From Owenia fusiformis (Eukaryota): a stretch of 64,000 bases of DNA. The notes under the pieces were generated by a model. The model saw only the letters and a list, made by a program, of their open reading frames with translations, made no database searches and had not been told where the DNA came from. Of the stretch, positions 63,405 through 64,000 are shown piece by piece (position 1 is the stretch's first letter; every line of letters starts with the position of its first letter). Where the stretch lies: the NCBI GenBank assembly GCA_903813345.2, contig CAIIXF020000001.1:22010001-22074000 (forward strand). The letters run 5' to 3'. Made by a program: the position numbers and the translations under genes.

Positions 63405-64000
63405 CTGCAAATCAAATAGGTATACACATGTACTGAGGTATATATCAAAAGTTCACTGATTACTTTATTTATATGAATTTACACATATCCGATTCCATGG
63501 TGGGAATGAGGTCTTAATTTCAATAAAGAGTCAACGAAAGAAATCAAGAATTTTGTACAATTTATTTATCAACTTAAAAGCTGCTTTATCTCAGACAATA
63601 TAAACCACCTCAATTGATGGAATTAAAATCATTCTACAGGAATTTTGTTGGAAGCTATTTCTGATTCAAAACAAAGTTAATGAAAATGGAGCAGATGTAT
63701 TATACTCCCAAGTATTTTTTATAACATATACAAAAAAGGTATAGTCTAAATACCGAGTAGAGCATTTACTATTCCAAATTCATATGCCGCCACTTTGTTT
63801 TGTTTTTAAATATTTTTTTTGGGCTGGAGAGCTGGAGCAATAGATTTATATGGGATAATTCAGAATGACAACAATATTCTCACCTCCCGTGTTAGAGTGC
63901 TCAAATTCGGGAACAGATTTTTTAAATCCAGTTTTTTTCCCCATTAAAATACGTATACAAGGTCCGATTTTGAACACATCATTTCAGTTTTACTTGACAT

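Noticed and set aside
1-64000. tRNA, rRNA, snRNA genes or recoded in-frame TGA (selenoprotein)
   Set aside because: None recognised by eye; all reconstructed host exons are open without internal stops. Infernal/tRNAscan were not run.

Overview
AT-rich, intron-containing animal DNA; gene content and transposon types suggest a marine invertebrate (inference). Protein-coding content: (1) a complete 9-exon SLC34/NaPi-II phosphate transporter on the minus strand (732-8156); (2) an intronless FMRFamide-receptor-like class A GPCR with a long mucin-like N-terminus (19412-21082, minus); (3) two tandem 20-exon paralogues on the plus strand (22731-33254 and 42611-61467), each encoding a ~1080-aa secreted protein of signal peptide + 8 SRCR domains + a C-terminal ~95-aa module that looks like only the last third of a trypsin-fold protease, with no catalytic residues; (4) an SDR oxidoreductase nested antisense in an intron of copy 1, with a 5' frameshift and a degenerate active site; (5) one exon of a convergent unknown gene at the right end. 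A 5'-truncated, nearly intact RTEX-like LINE lies between the two SRCR genes. Introns and intergenic DNA carry many non-autonomous DNA transposons (2, 3, 4, 5, 6 and 9 bp target-site duplications, foldbacks, Crypton-like hairpin elements, HINE-like elements), including a deep nested stack inside a decayed Harbinger. The best candidate for an undescribed system is the duplicated 8xSRCR + partial-trypsin pseudo-protease. Exon coordinates were inferred by eye from GT-AG sites and reading-frame continuity; superfamily labels for non-coding elements rest on termini and TSDs only.
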